A DNA stretch of 64,000 bases from NCBI RefSeq assembly GCF_910577475.1, contig NZ_CAJTLJ010000008.1; one strand, 5' to 3'. The DNA is from an uncultured Alistipes sp. (GTDB taxonomy: Bacteria; Bacteroidota; Bacteroidia; Bacteroidales; Rikenellaceae). The translations under genes and the position numbers were made by a program. The notes under the pieces are model-generated. The model did not search any database and was not told where the DNA came from. It worked only from the letters and a program-made list of their open reading frames with translations. Positions within the stretch are counted from its first letter, which is position 1. Every line of letters starts with the position of its first letter. This document shows positions 1 to 11,047 of this stretch, piece after piece.

Positions 1-444
1 CCAACGTGAGGATGGAACCTTCCACCTCCAACTTGTTGGCACGTGCCTGCAACACGGCAGCTTCCGTAGTTTTCCCTGCCCGTTTGAGCGCGGAAAGCGT
101 GCGGATATTCTCCTGCCATGTCGTCAGCGTGCGGCGGCTGATCTGCAACTGCTCGTCGAGCATCAGCAGCGTATAGTAACTGTCGGCAACGGTGGCGACC
201 AGACGTGTCTGCATCGCCTGCTCGTATGCCCGGCTTTGCCCGAGAGCCGCCTTGGCTCCGGCTTTCGCATTGCGCTGCCGGCCGAGGATGTCCAATTCCC
301 ACTCTGCCGAAGGGCCGACCGAATAGGTTCGTTGCGCAGGACGTCCGTCGGAATGACTTACTTGCCCTGCCCGCCGAGAGAGACGAACGGAAGAAATGCC
401 AAACGGGAGGATTGCAGGACGGCTTCCGCCTCCATGACCTCGTT
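1..444 (-). pseudogene. TolC/OprM-type RND efflux outer membrane factor, N-terminally truncated and frameshifted; runs off the left edge
   Basis: Minus strand reads EAEAVLQSSRLAFLP..GGQG, then after a 1-nt frameshift near 360 SAEWELDILGRQRNAK..RLVATVADSYYTLLMLDEQL, typical outer membrane factor motifs. Confidence 0.8.
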
Positions 445-760
445 GCGGGCGGTCTGCAAGTCGAACTCCGAAACCACCTCTTCTTCCAGAAGCCCCTTGT
501 TGCTCTCCAGAACCAGCCGGGCGGTGGAGAGCACCGCTTCGGCACTTTTTACATTGGCGACGGCGATGTCGTGCGCAGCCTTGTAAGGCACCTGGTCGAT
601 GACGATAATACACTATCCTTACGTACCGCATCGCCCTCCTTCATTCGGATGTCCGTAATCTGACCGCTTACCTGCGGACGAATCTCCACGGTCTGATACC
701 CCCGTATGGTAGCCGTATAACCGCTGCGGAGCGTGCGGCTGCTCAACGTTACCGTATCCG
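445..760 (-). pseudogene. RND efflux periplasmic adaptor (MFP) fragment
   Basis: YTATIRGYQTVEIRPQVSGQITDIRMKEGDAV, a frameshift near 604, then VIDQVPYKAA..VSEFDLQTARN. No start codon and no C-terminal half. Confidence 0.8.
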
Positions 761-761
761 T

Positions 762-956
762 ATGGAAGTCGAAGAGGGCGTGCTCCGTTTCACGACGCAA
801 AACCACATCATGAAAAAGCGGCACGAAAAGGAGCCTGCCGTCGGCATCGAAAACTGCCGCGCACGGTTGGAACTGCTCTATCCCGGGCGTTTCACGCTGA
901 CCGCCCGGGAAGAAAACTCCGAGTATGAACTGAATCTGACCATACGCCTCAAATGA
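762..956 (+). pseudogene. C-terminal fragment of a LytS-type sensor histidine kinase (HATPase end)
   Basis: LRFTTQN..VGIENCRARLELLYPGRFTL..LNLTIRLK; its stop overlaps the start of the response regulator (ATGA). Confidence 0.75.
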
Positions 957-1243
957 AAAAGATAAATTGCATCGCCATAGACGACGAACCCATAGCACTG
1001 TCCGTCATATCCCAATTCTGCTTGCGGACGGGCGGTCTCGACCTGCTTACCTACAGCAAACCGCAGGAAGGATTGCAAGCCGTCATCGACAGGCAACCCG
1101 ACATCGTTTTCCTCGACATAGAGATGGATTGCCTGAACGGTCTCGACATCGCACGCAAACTGCCGGCATCGACCTGCTTCATCTTCACCACAGCCTACAT
1201 CCGCTACGCCCTCGACGGATTCGACCTCGATGCTGCCGATTTC
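953..1243 (+). pseudogene. LytTR-type response regulator, receiver domain only (truncated)
   Basis: CIAIDDEPIAL..PDIVFLDIEM..IFTTAY..ALDGFDLDAADF. Homology breaks before the expected L-x-K-P and the ORF reads on into unrelated sequence to 1366. Confidence 0.8.
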
Positions 1244-1301
1244 CCGCTTGCATTCTCCCGGGAACATGAAAGGACTCAACAGGGCAGAATAGTACATATA
1301 A

Positions 1302-1736
1302 ATGAACAAGAAAGAACTGATACGCACCATCTCCCGCGAGCTCGACTCACCCATGTCGCAAGATAAAATCGCATTCGTGCCCGAGCTGAAATACCTGCTC
1401 GACATGTGCAAGAAACACACCCTCGAACTGGAGAGCATATTCCCCTGCAACACGAAAGAGGAGGAGCACGCTTTCGAACTGCTGTGCAGAGCCTATGTCG
1501 AGGCCCGCTATAACGACCGCTTCGCCGTCGGGAAAGAGGTGATCGACATCCTCGTCCCGAGAATCGAACTCCTGATCCGGACCGTCGAAAAAGTCGGCCG
1601 CGACCGCATCGCCTTCTACGACAGCAAATCGAGAGATAGCCGTAGCCCCGAGAGCGAGACCGACCGCGTGTCGGGACGCCGTCAGAAGCGGAAAACTGCG
1701 CCGACCGCATGCACGGTGAAGATTTTCGCCGCATGA
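1302..1736 (+). pseudogene. HEPN-domain protein C-terminal fragment with an HU-like N-terminus (probable chimera)
   Basis: IFPCNTKEEEHAFELLCRAYVEARY resembles Bacteroidales HEPN C-termini; MNKKELIRTIS resembles the start of HU proteins. Confidence 0.55.
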
Positions 1737-1762
1737 TCCGCACGATTTTATGAATTGTTTTG

Positions 1763-1770
1763 TACTTTTG
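1763..1770 (+). promoter_or_regulatory. Bacteroidota -7 promoter element for serS
   Basis: TACTTTTG matches TAnnTTTG, 38 nt before the ATG. Confidence 0.65.
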
Positions 1771-1808
1771 CGGTTCGAAACATTCGACATTCAAAAACGA
1801 AAACCAAT

Positions 1809-3080
1809 ATGCTTACACTGAAGCAACTGCGTGACGACCGCGAGGCAGCCATCCGCAAACTGGCCAAGAAGGGTGTGGACGCCGCACCCGTGCTGGACCG
1901 TATCGAAATGCTGGACGACCGGCGCAAGGCCCTCCAGACCGAGCTGGACAACTGTCTGGCCGAGCAGAACAAGGCCGCCAAGCAGATCGGAGCCCTGATG
2001 GGTCAGGGCAAGCGCGACGAGGCCGAAGAGATGAAACGGTTCGTCGCGGACCTGAAGGAGAAGTCGGCCTCGCTGTCGGCCGAGCAGAAGAGCGTGGCCG
2101 ACGAATTGCAGGCGGCCATCGTGACGCTGCCCAACTTCCCGGCAGAGATCGTGCCCGAGGGCAGAACCGCCGAGGACAATCTGGTCGTGAAGCTCGTGGA
2201 GAGCTACACCCCCCTGCCCGAGAACGCCCTACCCCACTGGGAGCTGGCGAAGAAATACGACATCATCGACTTCGATCTGGGCGTGAAGCTCACCGGCGCC
2301 GGCTTCCCCGTCTACAAGGGCAAGGGCGCCCGCCTGCAGCGCGCCCTGATAAACTACTTCCTCGACTGCAACACGAAGGCCGGCTATTTGGAGGTGGAGC
2401 CTCCCGTGATGGTGAACGAGGCATCGGGATTCGGCACCGGACAGCTGCCCGACAAGGAGGGGCAGATGTATCACGCCACGGCCGACAACTTCTATCTGGT
2501 CCCCACGGCCGAGGTTCCCGTGACGAACATCTACCGCGACGTCATTCTCGACGAGAAGGATTTCCCGGTCCGGATGACCGCCTACACCCCCTGCTTCCGC
2601 CGCGAGGCGGGCTCCTACGGCAAGGACGTGCGCGGCCTGAACCGACTGCACCAGTTCGACAAGGTCGAGATCGTGCAGCTGTCGCTGCCCGAAAAGAGCT
2701 ACGAGGCACTGGACGGCATGGTCGCCCACGTGGAGTCGATCGTCAAGTCGCTGGGGCTGCCCTACCGCATTCTGCGGCTGTGCGGCGGCGACATGTCCTT
2801 CACCTCGGCACTGACCTACGATTTCGAGGTCTACTCCGAAGCCCAGAAGCGCTGGCTGGAGGTGTCGTCGGTGTCGAACTTCGAGTCGTTCCAGGCAAAC
2901 CGCCTGAAACTCCGCTACAAGGATGCCGACAAGAAGACCCGACTGGCCCACACGCTCAACGGTTCGTCGCTGGCCCTGCCCCGCATCGTCGCCGCCCTGC
3001 TGGAGAACAACCAGACCCCCGAGGGAATCCGCATTCCCGAGGTGCTGATTCCCTACACGGGTTTTGATATTATCGAATAA
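1809..3080 (+). CDS. serS: Serine--tRNA ligase
   Basis: PTAEVP, FRREAGSYGKDVRGLNRLHQFDKVE, EVSSVSN, HTLNGS motifs. ATG 1809 is preferred over the track's 1755. Confidence 0.98.
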   Translation: MLTLKQLRDDREAAIRKLAKKGVDAAPVLDRIEMLDDRRKALQTELDNCLAEQNKAAKQIGALMGQGKRDEAEEMKRFVADLKEKSASLSAEQKSVADELQAAIVTLPNFPAEIVPEGRTAEDNLVVKLVESYTPLPENALPHWELAKKYDIIDFDLGVKLTGAGFPVYKGKGARLQRALINYFLDCNTKAGYLEVEPPVMVNEASGFGTGQLPDKEGQMYHATADNFYLVPTAEVPVTNIYRDVILDEKDFPVRMTAYTPCFRREAGSYGKDVRGLNRLHQFDKVEIVQLSLPEKSYEALDGMVAHVESIVKSLGLPYRILRLCGGDMSFTSALTYDFEVYSEAQKRWLEVSSVSNFESFQANRLKLRYKDADKKTRLAHTLNGSSLALPRIVAALLENNQTPEGIRIPEVLIPYTGFDIIE

Positions 3081-3085
3081 TTGCC

Positions 3086-3093
3086 TATATTTG
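3086..3093 (+). promoter_or_regulatory. -7 promoter element for the ferredoxin gene
   Basis: TATATTTG upstream of ATG 3128. Confidence 0.6.
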
Positions 3094-3127
3094 CATCACA
3101 TACTTTACAAACTTAAAAATTAAAACT

Positions 3128-3298
3128 ATGGCTTACAAAATTTCTGACGCTTGTGTTGCCTGCGGTACCTGCATCGGCGAGTGCCCGGTAGAGGCTATCT
3201 CGGCTGGCGACATCTATGTTATCGACGCTGACAAGTGCATCGACTGCGGCACCTGCGCAGGCGTTTGCCCCAGCGAGGCGATCTCTCCCGCAGAGTAA
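3128..3298 (+). CDS. 2x[4Fe-4S] ferredoxin, 56 aa (absent from the ORF track)
   Basis: MAYKISDACVACGTCIGECPVEAISAGDIYVIDADKCIDCGTCAGVCPSEAISPAE contains two CxxCxxCxxxCP motifs. Confidence 0.97.
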   Translation: MAYKISDACVACGTCIGECPVEAISAGDIYVIDADKCIDCGTCAGVCPSEAISPAE

Positions 3299-3319
3299 TC
3301 GTCGGACGATGATAGTGCA

Positions 3320-3357
3320 CGGGCGGTTGTCTTCGGACAGCCGCCCGTTCGCTTTTC
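3320..3357 (+). terminator. Probable intrinsic terminator after the ferredoxin gene
   Basis: CGGGCGGTTGTC-TTCG-GACAGCCGCCCG hairpin followed by TTCGCTTTT. Confidence 0.7.
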
Positions 3358-3437
3358 CGCCGGACCATTTTCCTGCGGTTCGCACCGGTTCACGCCGATC
3401 CGACCGTCGAGACCCCTCGGCTTCGCTCGGGGTGACA
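3352..3437. repeat. REP/REPIN-like element, copy 1 (partial: spacer plus right arm)
   Basis: GGTTCACGCCGATCCGACCGTCGAGACCCCTCGGCTTCGCTCGGGGTGACA aligns with 3566-3615 and 15824-15879. Confidence 0.75.
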
Positions 3438-3440
3438 GAG

Positions 3441-3473
3441 CAATTCACAATGCACAATTCACGATGCACGATT
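3441..3473. repeat. Short degenerate heptamer tandem repeat
   Basis: CAATTCA CAATGCA CAATTCA CGATGCA CGATT. Confidence 0.7.
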
Positions 3474-3483
3474 GTTCTGTGTC

Positions 3484-3615
3484 TGTCATGTTGAGCGAAG
3501 GGGCGACCAGCCCCGAAGTCGAAACATCTCGACTTGACGGAGCATTCACCATTGCGACCCGCACGAGTTCATGCCCGTACGACCGTCGAGCCCCCTCGGC
3601 AGGCTCGGGGTGACA
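3484..3615. repeat. REP/REPIN-like element, copy 2 (complete)
   Basis: TGTCA..TGACA ends, two inverted palindromic arms, and a spacer homologous to 15788-15845. Confidence 0.8.
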
Positions 3616-3645
3616 TGCGGGTACGCCCGTATCGCCCGGAGTTAC

Positions 3646-3681
3646 AAAAAAAGGGCCGTCCCGAAGGACAGCCCTCATTTT
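3646..3681 (-). terminator. Intrinsic terminator of the lipoprotein gene ending at 3699
   Basis: A-run followed by the GGGCCGTCC-CGAA-GGACAGCCC hairpin on the plus strand. Confidence 0.75.
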
Positions 3682-3698
3682 CGTTGCCTGAATTCGGT

Positions 3699-5062
3699 TT
3701 AGCGTACCTTGCCGAAAGCGGGAGCCAGCACGGCATTGCACGAAGCGGCGGCACCCAGCACGGCGGGAACCTGGAACGGACGCTCGACATAGTTGCGACG
3801 CACCGAGCGGACAGCCTTCACCGAAGCGGCAGCCGTTCCGGTCGTCGTGAAGTAGGCCTTCGCGATATCGCCGTCCAGCGTCTCCTCAGCATTCATGTAG
3901 TAGGCATAGGCGCAGTAGCGGGTACCGGGTTCCAGTTCGCCGTAAGACCCCTTGACCGAACCGGTATAGAGCAGATCATTCTGATCGAAGAGCTGGTAAA
4001 CCGTCATTCCGGTAATATTCTGAGAGGACATGTAGTCATAGTAGAAAGCCAGATCCTCGGAGAAGAGTTGGGCATCCGAAGCGAACTGATCGACATAGTC
4101 GGCATACTCCACCATGATCGTGTAGGGCTTCGTCGCATCGGCGGGAACGATCTCCATATCGACCGACGAATTCGTCGGGTTGCTGAGCGTAATGGTACCG
4201 AAAGCGTAGTTGCCAGGATTGACGGGCGTATCACCGCCGGCAGGCGTAGTAAAGGTCTGGGTCTGGGTAGCCGAAACTACCTCGAGTTTCTCCTTGTCGA
4301 ATCCGAACAGAACAAACGTGAAGCTCGTCGATGCCGACAAACCGCTGAAGGAGATGCGGCCCGTATCCTGATCCTCCGGAAGGGTATATACGCTTTTCAG
4401 CATATTTTCGCCGAAGGTGGAGATGATGACATCGGCCAGATCATTCTTGTCGATCGACGAGATGGCCTCGGTGGTGAACAAACCGATATAGAACGACGAT
4501 CCGGGAGTGCCGGTCACGGAGACCTCCGCAGTCGTCGAGGTAACCTGACCCAAAGAGAGCACGAAGTCGGACTCGGCCAGCGGCAGCAGCTGGACGGTCT
4601 CGACGACCACGTCCGTCAGGATCTCGCCCGAAGCGGAGAGGCCGAAGACGACGACAGCGACCTCGGAGCCGGCCGAGAACATCCACAGACTACGCAGGCT
4701 GGGAATCGTGGCGGCACCCTTATAGATATACTCGTTGTCGACGGCACCCAGATCGATACCATCGCTGAGATCCTGCTCGACCAGCGCCTTGGCGATCTCG
4801 CTGCCCGTAAGCTCGGCGGTTACGGCGGCGGGAACGATACCCACATAGTAGTTGCCAGTGTAGCTGTTCGGCTTCACCGACAGCGCGAAATCGGTAGCGG
4901 TAATGTTCGAAGCGGTAACCGTGAAAGCCTCATTCTCCGGACCCGGTTCAGGGTTTACGGGAACCTCCTGGTGGGGGGGGTAGGCTCGTCATTGGAACTG
5001 CACGAAGGCAGAGCGGCAGCGATCAATGCGAATGCGGCGAAGGCCATCCAAAATCTTTTCAT
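3699..5062 (-). pseudogene. Surface lipoprotein with FN3/Ig-like repeats, frameshifted at a C8 tract (4973-4980)
   Basis: ATG 5062 gives MKRFWMAFAAFALIAAALPSCSSNDEPTPP and then a stop. One extra C joins it to QEVPVNPEPGPENEAF and the 3699..4877 ORF, giving 454 aa. Confidence 0.8.
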
Positions 5063-5325
5063 TTTCTCAACTTTTTTAATAAGACACTCTTTCTTCCTCA
5101 TCGGATCCCTGTCGCAAGGCCAACCTCACCCGATTCGATAAGTTTCATTTCACAAATTTATAATATTATTTTTATTTTACCTCGCTTTCTCCCGATTCTT
5201 TTCGATTCCACCACCCTCCTTATGAAGAAAAAACGACGATTTGCAGCGCCGATCCGCCCTTTCCGCTTTCAATCCGAAACCGAAACCGGGCATTCGCATA
5301 CGAATCGCAACCGGAATTTTTCCAC

Positions 5326-5366
5326 AAAAAAATTCCGGGGTCCGGCTGTTTGACGGCCGGACCCCG
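5326..5366 (-). terminator. Intrinsic terminator
   Basis: CGGGGTCCGGCTGT/ACGGCCGGACCCCG stem with an A-run on its left. Confidence 0.7.
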
Positions 5367-5390
5367 AAACGTAACAGGATTTCTACGTAC

Positions 5391-7049
5391 CTATCGACGA
5401 GCTCTTTCCGTAAGATCGGCGATACGGCGCGGGGACTTGAGCGTCTTCGCCCGGAAATCCGACGGGACGGGAGAAGCCCCCTCCTTCGTCAGATCGACCA
5501 CTTCGCGCAGAATCGGTCCGTAATTGCCTGCAGCGTCCTGCGCCACACCGCAAATCGTATTCTCGCCCCAGTAGCAGATGATCAGCATCTCGGTCTGATC
5601 CTTCGACGAGTCACCCATTCCCACCAGATTGTTGATGACGTTGCGGTCGCTGCTGCCGGTCAAATCACCCAGGAACGAGTAGAGATACCAGTGTGCGGCA
5701 TCGGCCGTCGGCTCCGCCAGCACGGCCAGCACGGCATAGCCGCGGGCCGAAGCGAAGGTCTCGGGTTCGGCCTCGTAGAGGGCGTCGCCATCGTACCAAT
5801 GATACTCCTTCAGGGCGATTCCGGCCGTCGAGGGCTCCTGCTTGAGCGAGCGGAAAGGCTCGCCCACCGCAAAGGGCGCGGCCGCCTGACCGTACTGATC
5901 GACACAGACCGCCCACATCCGATACTCGGTATCGGGCGTGAGATTCATGTCGAAATTCGTCTCTCCGACCTGTGCGATAGCCTCCACGGTCTCGACACGC
6001 GAGTGGAAATCTTCCGCATAAAAGTCGACCATGCTCTTCAACACGGCATTCATCACCTGCTCCCGGTCACCGCCGTAAAAGTCCAGATAATGCTGGTAGA
6101 GGCTCTCCTCGATCACGTCGGAGACATAGACGGCCAGCGGCTCGGAAGGAGTCGTGACGAAATTGGAGTAGGTGTAGGCTGCCAGCGTATAGTCGAACGC
6201 AAAGCTGCAGGAGGCAGGGTCGCCGCCGGAGAGCGTCTCCATCGGCACGCGCGTCACGTCCGTCGTAATCATGCCGTCCTGATATCCGAAGGCGATCACC
6301 TCGTATTTCCAGCCGGGCTTCAGCTCCGCGTCCATCTCCGTATTGGAAATGGTCTTGTCGCCCGCATGGCAGCGCTCGGGAAGGCCGCCCCACGAGGTGT
6401 AGAGGTCGATCAGATAACGGGCGTACTCTGCGTCGGTCAACCCCTCGTCGATGCCCACGGGACGAATGTCCAGAAAATAGGGGTCAGCGTTCGCAGTCTC
6501 CACGGCGATGCGGGCGCTGGTGTGACCCACGTCCGACACCTCGATGCTGAAGGTGTTGTCCGAAGAGACGGGTGCCAGCGTGGTGAACTCTTTCGAGACC
6601 ACCTCGGTCGTGGCGTATGCCTCGGAGTTGATGCCTACGGCGATCACGTGATACTTCGTTCCAGGCTCCAGTCCGGACATCTCGTAATCCTCGTCGCCGG
6701 ACGAAGTCATCATCTTGACCGCTTCGGTGAAGGAGTAGCCGAACTCACCCATCAGGCGCTCCTCGAGGAACCACTGGAGATAGTCGTTCACTCCGTTGCG
6801 CTCCATGACACTGAAGTCGTTGTCATCGAGCACATCCCAATAGTAGGTCGACTGCTTGTCCGCCGGCGAGATGCCGATGGTTACACCCACAGCCGAGATG
6901 TCGGATACCGAGATTTCGAAAAGAGACGGACCGACCGGATCAACCGGATCGACCGGCGGCATTACGGGTTCGTCGTTGCTGCTGCAAGCGACCGAAGCGA
7001 AACCGGCGAGCAAAGCGACGATCCGCAGAAGAAAAAATTGTCGTTTCAT
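5391..7049 (-). CDS. Surface lipoprotein with FN3-like repeats; paralog of the downstream gene
   Basis: Lipobox SVAC followed by SSNDEP, a Pro-rich linker, and repeated LEPGTKY/LKPGWKY/LTPDTEY motifs. Confidence 0.8.
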   Translation of the reverse strand: MKRQFFLLRIVALLAGFASVACSSNDEPVMPPVDPVDPVGPSLFEISVSDISAVGVTIGISPADKQSTYYWDVLDDNDFSVMERNGVNDYLQWFLEERLMGEFGYSFTEAVKMMTSSGDEDYEMSGLEPGTKYHVIAVGINSEAYATTEVVSKEFTTLAPVSSDNTFSIEVSDVGHTSARIAVETANADPYFLDIRPVGIDEGLTDAEYARYLIDLYTSWGGLPERCHAGDKTISNTEMDAELKPGWKYEVIAFGYQDGMITTDVTRVPMETLSGGDPASCSFAFDYTLAAYTYSNFVTTPSEPLAVYVSDVIEESLYQHYLDFYGGDREQVMNAVLKSMVDFYAEDFHSRVETVEAIAQVGETNFDMNLTPDTEYRMWAVCVDQYGQAAAPFAVGEPFRSLKQEPSTAGIALKEYHWYDGDALYEAEPETFASARGYAVLAVLAEPTADAAHWYLYSFLGDLTGSSDRNVINNLVGMGDSSKDQTEMLIICYWGENTICGVAQDAAGNYGPILREVVDLTKEGASPVPSDFRAKTLKSPRRIADLTERARR

Positions 7050-7142
7050 CGTTCGTAATTTTTTAAATAAACGGATGCCTCACGGCATCCGGAGCAAAGG
7101 TAGCAATTATTTCCGATTTTCTGTCCTTACGGTCGAGAATCG

Positions 7143-8312
7143 TCACTCGTCGTAGAGCAGGTAGGGGCGGCGGCGCTCGCGGAACCGCGCCGCATCGTCG
7201 CGCCAGCGAGCCTCGATCTCCTCTGCAGAGGCCCCTTCAAGAATCATGCACCGCACGTATCCGACCCCGATCAGCTTCTCGAACATCGGCGTGAAGAAGG
7301 CTTCGCCCCGGTCCATCTCCCGGAAAGCCTCCACGAGCCACCTCAACGAAAGGCCGCGCGGCGCCGTACCCGCCCCGCGCAGGTCAAGCCCGCCGCACAG
7401 CTCCCCCTCCAGCAGGGGCGACCGGGCTCCGGCCGTCGCACGGGGCGTGAAGCGGTGATCGTAACCGGGCCGGTTCAGCAGATCGGGATGGCCGAAGCAC
7501 TCGAAGGGGCGGTCCGTACCGCGGCCGACGCTCAGCACCGTCCCCTCGAAGAGGCAGAGCGAGGGATAAAGCTCGACCGAGCGGTCGGTCGGCAGGTTGG
7601 GCGACGGCGGAACCGGAAGCCGGTACGGAGTCGCATGCGTATAGTTCCGGCAGGGCACCACCGTCAGCCGGCAGGGTTTCGCCCACCCTTCGCCGACCGA
7701 CATGCGGGCGATCTCGCCCATCGTCAGGCCGTGCAGCACGGGAATCGGCAGTGCCCCGACCCCCGACTTGTATTTCAGATCCAGCAGCGGACCGTCCACC
7801 TCGTCCCCGTGCGGATTGGGCCGGTCGAGCACCACGACCGTACGATCGAAATCGGCGCAGGCATCCATCATCCGCAGCATGGATATATAATAGGTGTAGA
7901 AACGCACCCCCACATCCTGCATGTCGACCACCAGCACGTCGAACGAACGCATCGCCTCATCCGACGGGCGCAGCGTCCGCCCGTCGTAGAGCGAACGGAT
8001 CGGAATCCCGGTCCGCTCGTCGGTCGAACTGCGGACCCGCTCGCCCGCATCGGCCGTACCGCGGAATCCGTGCTCGGGCGAGAAGATCCCCGTGACCCGG
8101 AAACCCCGGCCGTACAACCGGTCCACCAGATGCTCTCCGTCCACCACGGGCGTATGGTTAGCCAGCAGGGCGACCCGACGCCCCTCCAGCAGCGGATAGT
8201 AGGCGGCCGTATCGGCTGCCCCCACCCGAATCTCCGCCGACTCAGGCCGCTGTCCCCGGCAGTCCGTCACCGCCGTCAGAAAACTCAATACGAAAAAAAT
8301 CAGTCGTCCCAT
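7143..8312 (-). CDS. Exo-beta-N-acetylmuramidase NamZ family (DUF1343)
   Basis: FSPEHGFRG, DMQDVGVRFYTY, VLDRPNP, PSPNLP, SVGRGT motifs. Confidence 0.9.
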   Translation of the reverse strand: MGRLIFFVLSFLTAVTDCRGQRPESAEIRVGAADTAAYYPLLEGRRVALLANHTPVVDGEHLVDRLYGRGFRVTGIFSPEHGFRGTADAGERVRSSTDERTGIPIRSLYDGRTLRPSDEAMRSFDVLVVDMQDVGVRFYTYYISMLRMMDACADFDRTVVVLDRPNPHGDEVDGPLLDLKYKSGVGALPIPVLHGLTMGEIARMSVGEGWAKPCRLTVVPCRNYTHATPYRLPVPPSPNLPTDRSVELYPSLCLFEGTVLSVGRGTDRPFECFGHPDLLNRPGYDHRFTPRATAGARSPLLEGELCGGLDLRGAGTAPRGLSLRWLVEAFREMDRGEAFFTPMFEKLIGVGYVRCMILEGASAEEIEARWRDDAARFRERRRPYLLYDE

Positions 8313-8389
8313 AAGGCAAATATATGTAAAATCCGTGCATTCCCGAAAGAATGCACGCTCCACTCCCTATAATGCGGATTTAAGTCACG

Positions 8390-9502
<1,113 letters not shown>

Positions 9503-9524
9503 AGATTCCAGCGAATTGCGCGTC

Positions 9525-11003
9525 CTACTCCAGTTCCCAGTCGTATCCGTCCTTGCGGTCCTTGACACGAATGCCGATGGCCGTCAGTTCGTCGCGGATG
9601 CGATCCGACGTGGCCCAGTCGCGGTCGGCCTTCGCCTTCATGCGCTGGTCGAGCAGCAGATTGACCAGCGGGGTCACCAGATCCCGGCCGCCCTGCGCTC
9701 CGGCCGCCTTCTCGTCCTTGAGCCCCAGCACGTCGAAGACGTAACGGTGCACCGTAGCCCGCAGGCGCTCCAGATCGTCGGCCGCGAGGGTCTGCTGCCC
9801 GTCGGCCAGCTGGTTGATGATGCGCACCCAGTCGAAGAGGGCGGAGATCACCATCGGCGAGTTCAGGTCGTCGGCCATAGCGGCGGCGCAGCGACGCTCC
9901 AGCTCCGCGGGATCGACCGTCGAGGCGGCCGCGGATCCGATCTTCGCCAGCGTCTCGACCCCCTTCATCAGACGGTCGAGCCCCTTTTCGGCGGCCTGCA
10001 GCGCCTCGTTCGAGAAGTCGAGCGTCGAGCGGTAGTGGGCCTGCAGCACGAAGAAACGGATCGTCATGGGCGAGTAGGCCTGCGCCAACAGCTTGTGCGA
10101 ACCAGTGAAGAGCTCCTCCAGGGTGATGAAGTTGCCCAGCGACTTGCCCATCTTCTGGCCGTTGATCGTAATCATGTTGTTGTGCACCCAGTACTTGGCC
10201 GAGTCGTGGCCCAGCGCGGCGGTCGACTGCGCGATCTCGCACTCATGGTGGGGGAACATCAGGTCCATGCCGCCGCCATGGATGTCGAAGCGCTCGCCCA
10301 GATACTTGGTGCTCATGGCCGAGCACTCCATGTGCCAGCCGGGGAATCCGTCGCTCCAGGGCGAGGGCCAGCGCATGATATGCTCGGGCGACGCCTTCTT
10401 CCAGAGGGCGAAGTCGAACGAGCGGCGCTTGTCGCTCTGGCCGTCCAGCTCGCGGGTATTGGTGAGGATGTCGTCCAGGTTGCGGCCCGAAAGACGTCCG
10501 TAGTCGTGTTTGCGGTTATAGGCCTCGACGTCGAAATAGATCGAGCCGTTCGATTCGTAGGCGAAGCCGGCATCGAGAATCCGTTTCACGAACTCGATCT
10601 GCTCGATGATATGGCCCGAGGCGTGGGGCTCGATCGAGGGGGAGAGGACGTTGAGCTCATCCATCGCCCGGTGATAGCGCTCCGTGTAGTAGTGGGCCAC
10701 CTCCATCGGCTCCAGCTGCTCCAGCCGCGCCTTCTTGGCGATCTTGTCCTCGCCCTGATCGGCATCGTGCTCCAGATGACCCACGTCGGTGATGTTGCGC
10801 ACGTAGCGCACCTTGTAGCCCAGCGAACGCAGATAGCGGAACAGCAGGTCGAAGGTCACGGCCGGGCGGGCGTGTCCCAGGTGGGGGTCGCCGTAGACCG
10901 TGGGTCCGCAGACATACATGCCGACCCGGCCGGGGGTCAGGGGTTCGAACTCCTCCTTGCGGCGGGTGAGCGTATTGTAAAGGGATATTTTCGTCGTCTC
11001 CAT
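9525..11003 (-). CDS. cysS: Cysteine--tRNA ligase
   Basis: [39 protein letters not shown]. Confidence 0.98.
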   Translation of the reverse strand: METTKISLYNTLTRRKEEFEPLTPGRVGMYVCGPTVYGDPHLGHARPAVTFDLLFRYLRSLGYKVRYVRNITDVGHLEHDADQGEDKIAKKARLEQLEPMEVAHYYTERYHRAMDELNVLSPSIEPHASGHIIEQIEFVKRILDAGFAYESNGSIYFDVEAYNRKHDYGRLSGRNLDDILTNTRELDGQSDKRRSFDFALWKKASPEHIMRWPSPWSDGFPGWHMECSAMSTKYLGERFDIHGGGMDLMFPHHECEIAQSTAALGHDSAKYWVHNNMITINGQKMGKSLGNFITLEELFTGSHKLLAQAYSPMTIRFFVLQAHYRSTLDFSNEALQAAEKGLDRLMKGVETLAKIGSAAASTVDPAELERRCAAAMADDLNSPMVISALFDWVRIINQLADGQQTLAADDLERLRATVHRYVFDVLGLKDEKAAGAQGGRDLVTPLVNLLLDQRMKAKADRDWATSDRIRDELTAIGIRVKDRKDGYDWELE

Positions 11004-11047
11004 AATGGCTGTAATTTTCGGCAAAATTAACAAAAGATTCTCAAAAA

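Noticed and set aside
3113..3494. Track ORFs 3113..3469 (-) and 3216..3494 (+)
   Set aside because: They overlap the real ferredoxin gene and the repeat elements, so they are spurious.
3352..3615. Possible CRISPR array from the repeated palindromes
   Set aside because: Only two degenerate units are adjacent, the spacers are homologous rather than unique, and there are no cas genes.
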